DNA of 64,000 nt from Trichosphaerium sp. ATCC 40318. Its lineage: Eukaryota; Protista; Tubulinea. Position 1 is the first letter of the stretch, and each line of letters begins with the position of its first letter. Positions 53,795 to 64,000 of this stretch are shown here, in pieces. The notes below the pieces were generated by a model that saw only the letters and a program-made list of their open reading frames with translations, was not told the origin of the DNA and ran no database searches. The stretch lies in the NCBI GenBank assembly GCA_038496445.1, contig JALMLS010000369.1, positions 124,001-188,000 on the forward strand, written 5' to 3'. The position numbers and the translations under genes are program-made.

Positions 53795-54775
53795 ATGTCA
53801 GCTATAAAAGCAGTAGTTATTGCACTGCTCAAGCTCAATATTCCACAAAGTCAATGGATGCCTTTGAGCTCTCAACACATGCAACTGGTAGTAGCATTGT
53901 GGGCAAAAGAATCAGCAGAGGAAGAGGGGTTAAAGCCTGACACTATCCGCGTATACTTCTCACATTGGGCATGGCTTTCGAAAAGATTAGGTTATGCTGA
54001 CCCAAGAGAAAATTGTGTATTATATCATGATATGTTAAGAGGCCTTAAAAGGAAGGTAGGAGATAGAGTAGACAGAAAACGACCTATGACAGCAGTGATG
54101 TTATTGAACATAAGAAAAAAAGTGGATTTGCGACAAAACAAGGATCTGGTTTATTGGACAGCAGCATTAATGGCATTTTGGGGAATGCTAAGGATAGGTA
54201 ACTTGGTTCCTCGTAAAGTAGCAGAATTTAGTGTCGATAGACACGTATCAAGGTCCAACATAGAGTTTGACGGTGATACTTGGTGGTTTACACTTAGACA
54301 AACAAAAACAATTCGATTCCGTGAGAGAAAACACGTAATACCGTTTCTGGATATGGAAGGTCACCCTTTATGCCCTACAACAGCGATAAACAGACTAATT
54401 AAACAGGTCAAACCCATACAAGGAAAATCCCTGTTTAGACACAAGAACAACGGAAGATGGTCACAAATAACATACTCTAAATTTGTAAAATGGACCAAAC
54501 TAATGGTTTCAAAGATGGTAAATAATACTAAAGAATATGCTGGACACTCATACAGGCGTGGCGGAGCAACACATGCAGCTGCAGCAGGAGTTCCTAATGA
54601 ATGGATAAAATATATTGGCGATTGGAGCTCAGATGCATATCAAATATACATTGTAAAAAACAAAGAAGACAGATTAATAGCACCAAAATTAATGTTTCAA
54701 TGGCTTAAACATGGCCTTGATCATACAGATCGCGCTGGGGAGGATGGTCAACCTCAACCATGGCTAGAGGATTGA
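53795..54775 (+). CDS. Tyrosine recombinase (DIRS-type)
   Basis: FWGMLRIGNL (R), RQTKT (K), LCP, HSYRRGGAT (HxxR), GDWSSDAYQIY (W, Y); the frame is open for another 29 codons upstream to 53708. Confidence 0.93.
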   Translation: MSAIKAVVIALLKLNIPQSQWMPLSSQHMQLVVALWAKESAEEEGLKPDTIRVYFSHWAWLSKRLGYADPRENCVLYHDMLRGLKRKVGDRVDRKRPMTAVMLLNIRKKVDLRQNKDLVYWTAALMAFWGMLRIGNLVPRKVAEFSVDRHVSRSNIEFDGDTWWFTLRQTKTIRFRERKHVIPFLDMEGHPLCPTTAINRLIKQVKPIQGKSLFRHKNNGRWSQITYSKFVKWTKLMVSKMVNNTKEYAGHSYRRGGATHAAAAGVPNEWIKYIGDWSSDAYQIYIVKNKEDRLIAPKLMFQWLKHGLDHTDRAGEDGQPQPWLED

Positions 54776-54780
54776 CGTGG

Positions 54781-55192
54781 GTAGAATAAATCCGCTCGTG
54801 TGGCTACGCTAGAGCCACCAAAGACTGAGCGTCTTTCCTCCCAAGCGCGTCTCCCTTATATTGACAACGTTGTCCAATCTAATGAATGAAGATGTGGAAC
54901 ATTTCAAGCGTTTGGTTGGACTGAACAAGACTGTCAATATCGAAGGACACAATAGGCAACAACAACAACAATGGCGAGTAGCAATCAAAACATCCCCTCA
55001 CCCTCCCTAAAATCCTTTTCTTTTTCTTGTAAAAATTTTTTCTTTATTTTTCCTTCAAACACATTTGCAATTCACACGAGTGTTCTTAAATGTAGAATAA
55101 ATCCGCTCGTGTGGCTACGCTAGAGCCACCAAAGACTGAGCGTCTTTCCTCCCAAGCGCGTCTCCCTTATATTGACAACGTTGTCCAATCTA
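54781..55192 (+). repeat. B1-A2-spacer-B2 split-direct-repeat terminus of the YR element
   Basis: 101-bp B copies and 111-bp A copies appear identical by eye; B carries AATAAA and the palindrome GACAACGTTGTC. Confidence 0.9.
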
Positions 55193-55588
55193 ATTGCAAG
55201 TTTTGCAGGGTACACAAAAAATACTGCAAAAAAAATGCAAATCTGAGTAAAAAGATGCTTTCAAACCTTGCTCGCTTTATATATCTATTTAATTATCGAT
55301 TCAAAATAATTTGAATGCGGATTGGTGTGTACTAAAATGTCGAAAAAATGTCAAAGTGATATTGAACTGTTCGCCACAAAGGGAGACAACTGGGTTATGG
55401 CGCTCAGTCGCCGCTAGGCTCTGCCCCCCCCAAACCCCCCCTGAAAGGGGGGCTTTCTAAATAGTTCCTATGGCATAATATAGGATAATTAGTGTGCCGA
55501 ATTTTCGACTTTTTTTTGACAAAGTTCTACATATTTGGGTTTCCCTGCGGATTAAGTCACCAAAACTAGGGGAAAAAACGGTTTGTTC

Positions 55589-55925
55589 TAGTACTGTTAA
55601 CGGTCCGACTCAACTCAACTCGACTTTTTTTGAGAAAACGGTCTGAGTCGACTCAAAAAAAAATCATCTGAAGGTATCTACATCATTTTTTTTCTGGAGT
55701 TTCACTGTCACAAGCATCCATGTGTGGCCACACACCTGATTTGGTGGAATACACCCTTTTAGCCATCAATCAGACACTGTGTGATTGCAACAATACGAGA
55801 AAAAGAACTTAAAACCAGGTTTTTACAATTTAGATGTGTTTTTTTAAGTCGACTCAACTCAGTCCGACTCGACTTTTTGTAAAATCAGTCCGACTCGACT
55901 TAAGACTGAGTCATTAACAGTACTA
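55589..55925. mobile_element. hAT-like MITE (337 bp)
   Basis: TIR TAGTACTGTTAA...TTAACAGTACTA; 8-bp TSD gtttgttc/gattgttc (1 mismatch); subterminal (C)GACTC motifs at both ends. Confidence 0.8.
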
Positions 55926-56109
55926 GATTGTTCGTTCAATCTACTCAAGTTGGAAGATGGTTTATTAATACTTTAGGAGAGGAGTGAGAACAATGAATGT
56001 AAAATTGCTAGGCTGACGCCATACCAGTAGCAAATAACATGCACACTAGTTCTTGAAGTTGTTCATCACCACGATATTTTTTATTTACTGTAAACATTTT
56101 ATTGTTTTC

Positions 56110-59100
56110 TTATCTCCATAATAGTTCTATTGCAAGTGCACTAATCGCTATAATAACATGCATTTCTAAATCTGTTACTAAGGGTGTACTGTTAGAAACA
56201 CGTACCAATAGCTGAACAAGACGATCGTGGACCATTCGTTGGTGCCGTAGTAGGTGTTGGCTGTACAGTGATAGGTGGTATAGTATCTGGAGAAATAGTT
56301 GTAGGGGTTGTAGGTATTGTTGTAGGCGCAAGAGTTGTTGGAGGCATTGTAGTTGGTACTAGAGGCAATATAGGCTCGAAACAACTTGGATCAGGTTCAT
56401 AGATGCATTCTGGATTGTAGAAAGTTTGATTTGGAGCTTCAGGAATTTGAAATGGAGCCAAGTGCCAACTTGTTAGACTTGAATCATATATCATACACGG
56501 AGGTGTCCGTGATGAGCAAATCTAAAAATTCTTAACCTTTTTTTTACAAGAAAATTCACGAATGACGTACATCTGAGAGTTGAACAGATACACAACCAAA
56601 AACAAATTCTTTGCTAGGATCACAATATTGTAAGACAAAGGAGTCTCCTTCTTCACAAATAAATGCAGGTGATCCAGGAACTCTTTTTTCGGTAATACAC
56701 GTGCCAGTTGTAACATCGCAGTAAGATATGTTGCATAAATCAGAAGATACACAATCAGGGGAGCATGGTATTTCGGTATTGGGAATACACTCTTCTCCAT
56801 TCTCATAGAAACATTGCAACGGCGCTAAAATTTTCAGATAGTAGAAAGTAAGTTGAAACATACGGGCTCTACAAAATGTTCTAGCAGAAGCGTTTGTTCT
56901 TTCAGGATTGCAAAAAGAAGGTGAACCGCCTGCGCATGATTGTTAAAAAACCACAGGGTTGCAAAGACGTACAATGTACGCTTATTGGAATAACAATGTT
57001 TGGGAAAATTTCATTTGGTGGGTAATGACATCCTTCGTCTGGACTTCGGCATTTGTTTGCTGTACAAGGGTTTGCATCATCGCATCCGGCATTATAACAT
57101 GTACATTCTTGATTGCACGTGCATTCTGCTTTGCATGATGAGCCACACAAACTTCGTACTTCTAAACAAGGTATTTGCTAAAGGTGAATGATATTCTTTG
57201 TTACCTTGACACAATTCACTTTTAAAGGCCCGCAGAACACTTGATATAGTGCCAATGCCTGCGATTCCGATGTTGAAAGAAATTGGTAACACTTCAGCAG
57301 ATGTTCCGATTGTCAGCGAGTAAAGTGCAAATCCCTATTTTTTCTCAATAAATAATATTGTGTTGGTTTGGATACCTCAGATTCGAGAGTGTTTGTAATA
57401 CTGTTATTAGGATCAAATTCACCACATTTGGGACCACGATATTGATTGACAATCATCACTTTTTTATTTCGTCCATTTCTACCATATGTATTGAAATGAT
57501 CACGAGCAACCGAAAGACCTTGAAATACAAATATTAGATTCAACAACTCCGGTGAAATAACAAATCTACCTGTTGTAACATCATCACATCCTCCCAGTAA
57601 GTTGATAGTACGAATGTTGTTGAGTTGTTCAAGAAAGTAAGATTTGGAGTGGCTCCCCAAAGGCAATACAACTTGAGCTGTATCTCGATACAACGTGATA
57701 CCAGTACGATATCCATACTCTCCAAGTTTGAGTGGAGTGATCACATCAATCATAAATTGAAAGTACAAGTCCCAGTTTAAGTGCGTGCAACACTCTTCGA
57801 ATGATGCTCTGTTGAAAGAACCATATCCACCGCTAGGTCCTTGAAGACACTCACGTGCTATTTTATTTCATTTAAGGGGGCACGCTGAGATGTGCAGAAA
57901 TTGTTCAAATCGGCTCAAATTTTCGTGCCTATATCTTTGACATGAGGGCTTTTGAAAAACCCAACTTTTAGCGTGTGCCTTTTTGTGACGTTTTTTTGTT
58001 GCAAAAGTTTTTTTTTTCAAAAAACGACTGCATTTTTTCAATCTTTCTGTTTAAAAGCACATTTGTTCAAAACTACGTTACCCATAGCATCTACACACGT
58101 AGTACATGCTATGGGTACACTTTCAATAAAAAGTCTCAATTTGAAAGCAAAAAAAATAACGAATTTGCTCTACACCACCTAAAATGCGTCTCCAAGTGGT
58201 GAAATAGCGGACGAATAGCTTTAAAAGTTGTTTCAAATCCGTGTAATTAAGGTCAAAAAGTTGAGAAAAAAAATGACATTTCGGGCTTTGAACTCAAGTA
58301 ATCAATCTACACAGTTCGCTATCCTATTTTTTCAGCGTTTTACGCGATTTTAGATGGGTTTAAAGCCCGAAGATGCCCGTGGGGCTAAGGTCATTTCATT
58401 CTCAGCGTGCCCCTTAAGTAACAAATAAATAAGGCTCTATTTATACCTGCTGTACCACACGTCCAAGTGTGTAAGACATTTTGAGAGGCACCAACAACTA
58501 CAAAGCGTAAACACACTTGTGGAGATGAATAAGTTAAAAGTTGTAAGAACTGACCAAACATCAAATCTGTTGTATCAACGCAAAGGGCATCAGTACAATT
58601 ATCCATTACTGGAAGGTTGCTGGATGTTGGACTCCCAATATCAACAATAACATCATCAGAAAATACAATCCTATTTAAAAAAGTGAATCACGTTACATTT
58701 AGCTTCTCCTTACCTGGCTAGTTCCGTTGTTCCTTCAATGTAGTACAACTCTACAACATCTAAAAATGTACCAAACACACTTAGATCCTGTTTTCTTTGG
58801 AACCGAGTCCTTTAATAAGCAACAATTAGCATCACAATAATCCAAAATACCAAACTGTTGTACGTGTTTAAAAACATGTGAGAAGGTAATGTTGATCGAT
58901 GCTTGATTGTCACGTGGTGCGTTTCTTCTTTGTCAAGCCATGACATGGCATCAAATGGGTTCTCACTCAGACCGATATTGTCTTTCACTCGTCTGAGGCA
59001 TTGAGTTTCGCATACTGTGTACTGTACAAGTGACCTCTACTAACGATTAAAATAGAAGTTGTAACATAAATTAATAGTCAACATGCCGAAGAAGATGACC

Positions 59101-59467
59101 AGTTTTCTCCAAAGTACTTCTCAGTACTTTCTCTATTGAAGTAGACGTCTGCAGTTTCGATAATGTCATTTTGACTAAACACGTAATAGCCAAAAGATCC
59201 ATATTGTACAGCCTTGAAAGCACGTGTCAGTTGGTCAACGTTTAATGGATATTTAAAGTGCACCCGTAAAACTGTACGTACAATACTTGTATTTTTTCCA
59301 TACATAACGGCTTCTGTGTCAAGATCATAGCTTGATGCGTCTACCATGAACTGTAACAGGACTGACAATATTATTATTTGTAAGGCACCTAATCAGCGGT
59401 ATGTTATACTCAACATGGGTACAATCGTGGATGTTCTACTTATACACAACGTACGTATCGAATACAT
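56110..59467 (-). CDS. Receptor-family copy 4: kinase-less full ectodomain, predicted GPI anchor; MITE in one intron
   Basis: Same N-terminus as copy 3; VWA; two Cys-rich modules; WHLAPFQIPEAPNQTFYNPEC block; PTT stalk; ends PRSSCSAI|EMHVIIAISALAIELLWR*. Confidence 0.8.
57876..58413. mobile_element. Non-autonomous TTAA-specific DNA transposon, Kolobok-like (538 bp)
   Basis: TTAA at 57872-57875 and 58414-58417; TIR GGGGCACGCTGAGA / TCTCAGCGTGCCCC; the paralogous intron in copy 3 (~51989) has a single TTAA; purine 5' termini favour Kolobok over piggyBac (CCY). Confidence 0.8.
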
Positions 59468-59764
59468 GTAAACAATCTGTTTTATTGCAAGTTTTACACG
59501 CTCTTTTAGTGCACAAAAACCAACGGAAAAAAACTTTGCTATTCAAAGAACGGTGACAGCAGTTGACTAAAGACTCATGACGGATTCAAAAGCTGGTATA
59601 CTATCGATAATCCCTGTGAGATGAGCGTGAACAGTTCCTAGTAGCTTAAGTTATACGTATTTGTGCTGATTGTCGTTTAGCGGTCAGCTTATCCATACAA
59701 TACTAGTGGCAAGGCAAAGCTCAATTTAAAAGATGAGCATTTATAATAACGTGACTAAACTGTT

Positions 59765-60716
59765 TTATTCTGTTCTTTCATTCGTGATAATTGGTTTTGA
59801 GCTCTCCTTTGCGTTATTTATATCAATCTCTAAATCCTTGAAGCTTGGCCTATCAGAACAAGAAAACGCCCAACATTGTGACATAATATGTTGCCAATGA
59901 GGGTGGACTAGATCACCGACCCCAGGTGTATATCCTTCTTCTCTGATCCGCATTGCAAGATCAAACAAGTCTGGTACTTGTCCAAATGGTCTTGTCTTGT
60001 AAACAAGCTCCCACATTAGCATTCCAAATGACCACACCTAAGTCCGTTTGTTTTCTCAATACAAGCTCAATATGTATTTAACTTACATCGCTTTTAGGTT
60101 CATACAACCTTTTTATTGACTCAGGACTCATCCATCTAATTGGTCAAAAGTTTGTTTTTGTTTTTTTAGCTGATCCTGAAAGTGTCGTTTTTCTGAACTT
60201 GATAAGCAAAGGTGATAAATATGTTTTTTATTGAGTACCTTGACATTCCGAAATCGCTTATTTTGATAACATCGTCTTCTGATATCTATCATTGCACTGT
60301 CAATCATGTATCAAAAAACAGAACACTACGTACCAATACATTTCTACATGCAAGATCTCTACAAACAATATTTAATTAGTTTCATAATGACAAGCTGCTA
60401 AACTACCGATGTATGATCATATTTTGATGAAGAAAAGTCATCCCTGATGCGATTGAACTTAAAAACGTTTTGATCTCATTGAATTTAAAATCATCGTTTT
60501 TGCTCTCATACAAGTCTTCCAGCGATCCATTTGCCATAAACTCCAATACCAACATTGGCTTAGCATCAGCGATACAAAGACCAACAGTACCAACAATATT
60601 CGGATGAGGATCGAGACTCATATTTACTTCAACCTGTGAGCAATAGTTAATAATAACACAACATAGCCTATCTGTCTCACCTCTCGTAAAAAGTTTTGAT
60701 TTGCTTCAGGGCCAAG
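59765..60716 (-). pseudogene. Kinase-domain fragment of a further receptor paralog (copy 5), 5'-truncated, with an in-frame stop
   Basis: SLGPEANQNFLRE...HRDLACRN...NF*PIRWMSPES (TGA at ~60144 where paralogs have GGA); breaks off at ~60716. Confidence 0.7.
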
Positions 60717-63700
60717 AGAACGGGATCTAAGTGTATTTGGTACATTTTTTAGATGTTGTAGAGTTATACTACATTGAAGGAACAACGGAACTAGCCAGGT
60801 AAGGAGAAGCGTATTGCATTATAAAGTGTTAGTCTCGTTGTCACTCATTTTTTGAAAATAGGATTGTATTTTCAGATGATGTTATTGTTGATATTGGAGT
60901 CCAACATCCCGAAGCCTTCCAGTAATGGATAATTGTACTGATGCCCTTTGCATTGATACAACAGATGTGATGTTTGGTCAGTTCTTACAACTTTTAACTT
61001 ATTCATCTCCACAAGTGTGTTTACGCTTTGTAGTTGTTGGTGCTTCTCAAAATGTCTTACACACTTTGACGTGTGGTACAGCAGGTATAATAGAGCCTTA
61101 TTTATTTGTTACTTAACAAAAATACATTAGCATCCGAGTGTAGTCAAGGGCCTAGCGGTGGATATGGTTATTTCAATAGAGCATCACTCGAAGAGTGTTG
61201 CACACACTTAAACTGGGACTTGTACTTTCAATTTATGATTGATGTGATCACTCCACTCAAACTTGGAGAGTATGGATATCGTACTGGTATCACGTTGTAT
61301 CGAGATACAGCTCAAGTTGTATTGCCTTTGGGGAGTCACTCCAAATCTTACTTTCTTGAGCAACTCAACAATATTCGATCTAAACTTAGTAGGGAGGATG
61401 TGAAATGTTACAACAGGTAGATTGTTATTTCAAGAGTTGTTGAATTAATATTTGTATTCAAGGCCTTTCGGTTGCACGTGATCATTTCAATAGCCACGGA
61501 AGAAATGGACGAAATAAAAAAGTGATGATTGTCAATCAATACCATGGTTCCAAATGTGCTGGTTTTGATTCAAATGATATCACAAACACTCTCGAATCTG
61601 AGGTATCAAAGCAAAATAATTTATATGGTATTGAGAAAATATAGGGATTTACAATTCACTCAATTTCAATCGGATCAACAGACTCCAATCTTCTACCACT
61701 TCCAAATACCGTCAATATCACAAACGCCATATTTCTGTCATCACGTGTTTTACCGATTATTTCACCTCAAATATGTAAACGTGAGTAGAAAGAAAGCGCT
61801 TCTTGTCATCTGCTTCATTTTAATACTCCATAGAAGTACGAAGTTTGTGCGGCTCAACATGCAAAGCAGAATGTACATGCAAACAAGAATGTACATGTCA
61901 GAATGCCGGATGCGATGACGCAAATATATGTACAGCAAACAAATGCCGAAGTCCAGACGAAGGATGTCATTATCCTCAAAATGATATCTTCCCAAACCTT
62001 GATGGGCCAAACATACAATGTACACTTTTAGTTTGTTGTAGTGTTTGACAATTTGTTTTTAGGTGGCTCACATTCTTTTTGTAACCCAGATTTTTCATTA
62101 TTTTTTGTACCACTTAAGGAATGTCATAGTCGTATGCATTTAACCTCGTACTTTGTTAGCTGCTAATTTTTTTAAAAGCACCAAACGAATGTTTTTATAG
62201 CCTTCCATTTGAGTGCAGTGACTCTATAGCAATCCCATGTGACAGTCCTTGTCCTTCTGGCGATATATGTAACCTATCGTACTGTGATATATCAACTGGA
62301 ACCTGCGTTACTGAAAAAAGAGTTCCTGGATCACCTGCATTTGTTTGTGAAGAAGGAGGAGCACATACATTGGATTATTGTGACACAAACACTACCAACG
62401 AATTTCCTGTATCTAACAAGTTTCCAGGGTGTAAAGCTGTGAATCTGTCAGATGTACGCTAATGTACTTTATATCTTCACAAACCATATCTCTAGATATG
62501 CAAAGAACAAACACCACCATGTATGATATACAACCCGAACATAACAAGTTGGCATTTGGCTCCATTTCAAATTCCTGAAGCTCCAAATCAAACATTCTAC
62601 AATCCAGAATGTCTCTACGAACCTGATCCAAGTTGTTTCAGTGATGTACTCCCTCTCGTACCCACAACAATACCTCCCACAACCTCATCACCTACAACTA
62701 CTCCACCTACAACACTACCTCCGACAACAAGTGCACCACCGACTTCAGCAACTATTGCAACAACTATCCCTTCATCTGGCGCTGAGTCCTCGGGGTCGTC
62801 AGTTGTTGGTACGACAAGGCATATGATGATAAAAATCTAATTAGATGCAGTGATAGTAGTTGCGTGCGTTGTAGCTTTTCTACTACTGTTTGTTGTTGCT
62901 GGACTTTTCATTTGTAACTACCATGTTCGTGGAAAACGTAAAGGCCAACCACAAGTGACAAGTATGACGTCTGCTTCCTTGAAAGCAGGAGAGGATGCTC
63001 AAGTGTCACCTTATGGTTTTCTACCTGAACGGCTTTCAACCGTAGACGTTAATCTAAAATCTGTGAATATTAACTACGAGGACTTGATATTTGGCAAACA
63101 ACTTGGTTTGTTTTAAAAAGAATGTATATGCGCTTAAACTATTTTTTAGGTGAGGGCAGTTTTGGGTCCGTTATGCAAGCCGAATACAAAGGAAAGAATG
63201 TTGCTGTCAAGATATCAAGCCTTGGCGCTGAAGAGAATCAGAATTTTTTAAGAGAGGTTAGTGAGACTTTGTTATGCCATTAACTATTGTTCACAGGTTG
63301 AAGTAAATATGAGTCTTGATCCTCATCCAAATATTGTTGGCACTTTTGGACTTTGTTTCCTGGATGGAAAGCCAATGTTGGTATTGGAGTTTATGGCAAA
63401 TGGATCGCTGGAAGACTTGTATAACACAAAGGAAGATGACTTTACATTCAATGAGACCAAAACGTTTTTAAGTTCAATCGCGGCAGGGATGACTTTTCTT
63501 CATAAAAATAAGATCATTCATAGGTACGTTTAGATTGCTTATGATTGGGAATGACATTGATTTAGGGATCTTGCATGCAGAAATATCTTGGTAGACAATT
63601 CCAATTAACCAACAAAACTGACCTTGTGTTTCTAGATATCAGAAGATAACGTTCTCAAGATAAGTGATTTTGGAATGTCAAGGTAAATATTCCGAAGGTA

Positions 63701-64000
63701 AATATAGCATAGTTGTCACTAATTTGGTTCAGAAAATCAGCAATCTCAGGAAAAGCACAAGAGACCAAGAACGGTATTGGACCAATTCGATGGATGAGTC
63801 CAGAGTCCATGCGAAAGTTGTATGAACCTAAAAGTGATGTAAGTCCAAACGCACTTCCAACAATATTGTTAATGGTTTCGCAGGTTTGGTCATTTGGAAT
63901 GGTGATGTATGAGCTCATTTACAGGACAATTCCTTTTGGAGAAGTAGATGATTTATTCGATCTTGCTGTTCGTATCAGAGATAAAGGATATACACCTGAA
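60717..64000 (+). pseudogene. Chimeric receptor-kinase copy 6 (copy-3-like 5' part joined to copy-2-like 3' part); 5'-truncated, frameshifted, runs off the window; possible assembly artefact
   Basis: 60717-61440 matches copy 3 including introns; from ~61460 it matches copy 2; small indels near 60897, 61380-61450 and 61575. Confidence 0.55.

Larger units (their letters stand above)
53072..55192 (+). mobile_element. Tyrosine-recombinase retroelement (DIRS order, Ngaro/PAT-type split direct repeats), lacking gag and RT
   Basis: A1 53072-53182 = A2 54882-54992; B1 54781-54881 = B2 55092-55192; RNase H and YR ORFs; the paralogous empty site at ~59475-59495 defines the ends. Confidence 0.92.

Noticed and set aside
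53795-54775. YR as a dedicated shufflon/invertase for the receptor array, or a phage integrase
   Set aside because: It lies within a self-contained split-direct-repeat element with RNase H and a demonstrable empty paralogous site; no recombination-site repeats were seen in the receptor genes
55207-55547. Possible further transposon (CAGGG…CCCTG ends, GC hairpin at ~55435-55452)
   Set aside because: Terminal match is only ~5 bp and no TSD was found; it may be a TE remnant but cannot be supported
55600-55915. Recurrent GACTC/AGTCGACTC motifs as a CRISPR-like array
   Set aside because: Short, irregularly spaced and confined between TIRs; they fit hAT subterminal transposase-binding motifs

Overview
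This is AT-rich, gene-dense eukaryotic DNA with many short (~40-60 nt) spliceosomal introns. The gene content suggests a protist, probably amoebozoan-like (inference), and the supplied ORF track is mostly exon fragments or antisense noise. Housekeeping-type genes occupy most of 1-44 kb: an atypical Rac-like GTPase, a beta-helix membrane protein, OSBP, SBDS, BTB, a SNAP-like protein, CUE, a Tul1-like RING E3 with an intronic tRNA-Ile, a CH-CH-RhoGEF and a PTGR-like reductase. Four things stand out. (1) A paralogous surface-receptor family (novel N-domain + VWA + Cys-rich repeats + Thr/Pro stalk) occurs both as receptor tyrosine kinases (13.8-17.9 kb, 44.1-48.1 kb) and as kinase-less, predicted GPI-anchored forms (50.8-53.1 kb, 56.1-59.5 kb). 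The copies show patchwork identity and variation concentrated on the VWA MIDAS face. (2) An intron-containing 2'-5' OAS/cGAS-like nucleotidyltransferase carries an unrecognised C-terminal domain (40.3-41.8 kb). (3) A very young 2.1-kb split-direct-repeat tyrosine-recombinase element encodes only RNase H + YR, with no gag or RT, and sits 17 bp upstream of a receptor start codon. (4) A helical-repeat protein is fused to a PD-(D/E)XK-type nuclease. Two MITEs (hAT-like, Kolobok-like) also lie in the receptor array. The last ~4.3 kb looks chimeric and may be misassembled. Gene ends were read by eye and some are approximate.
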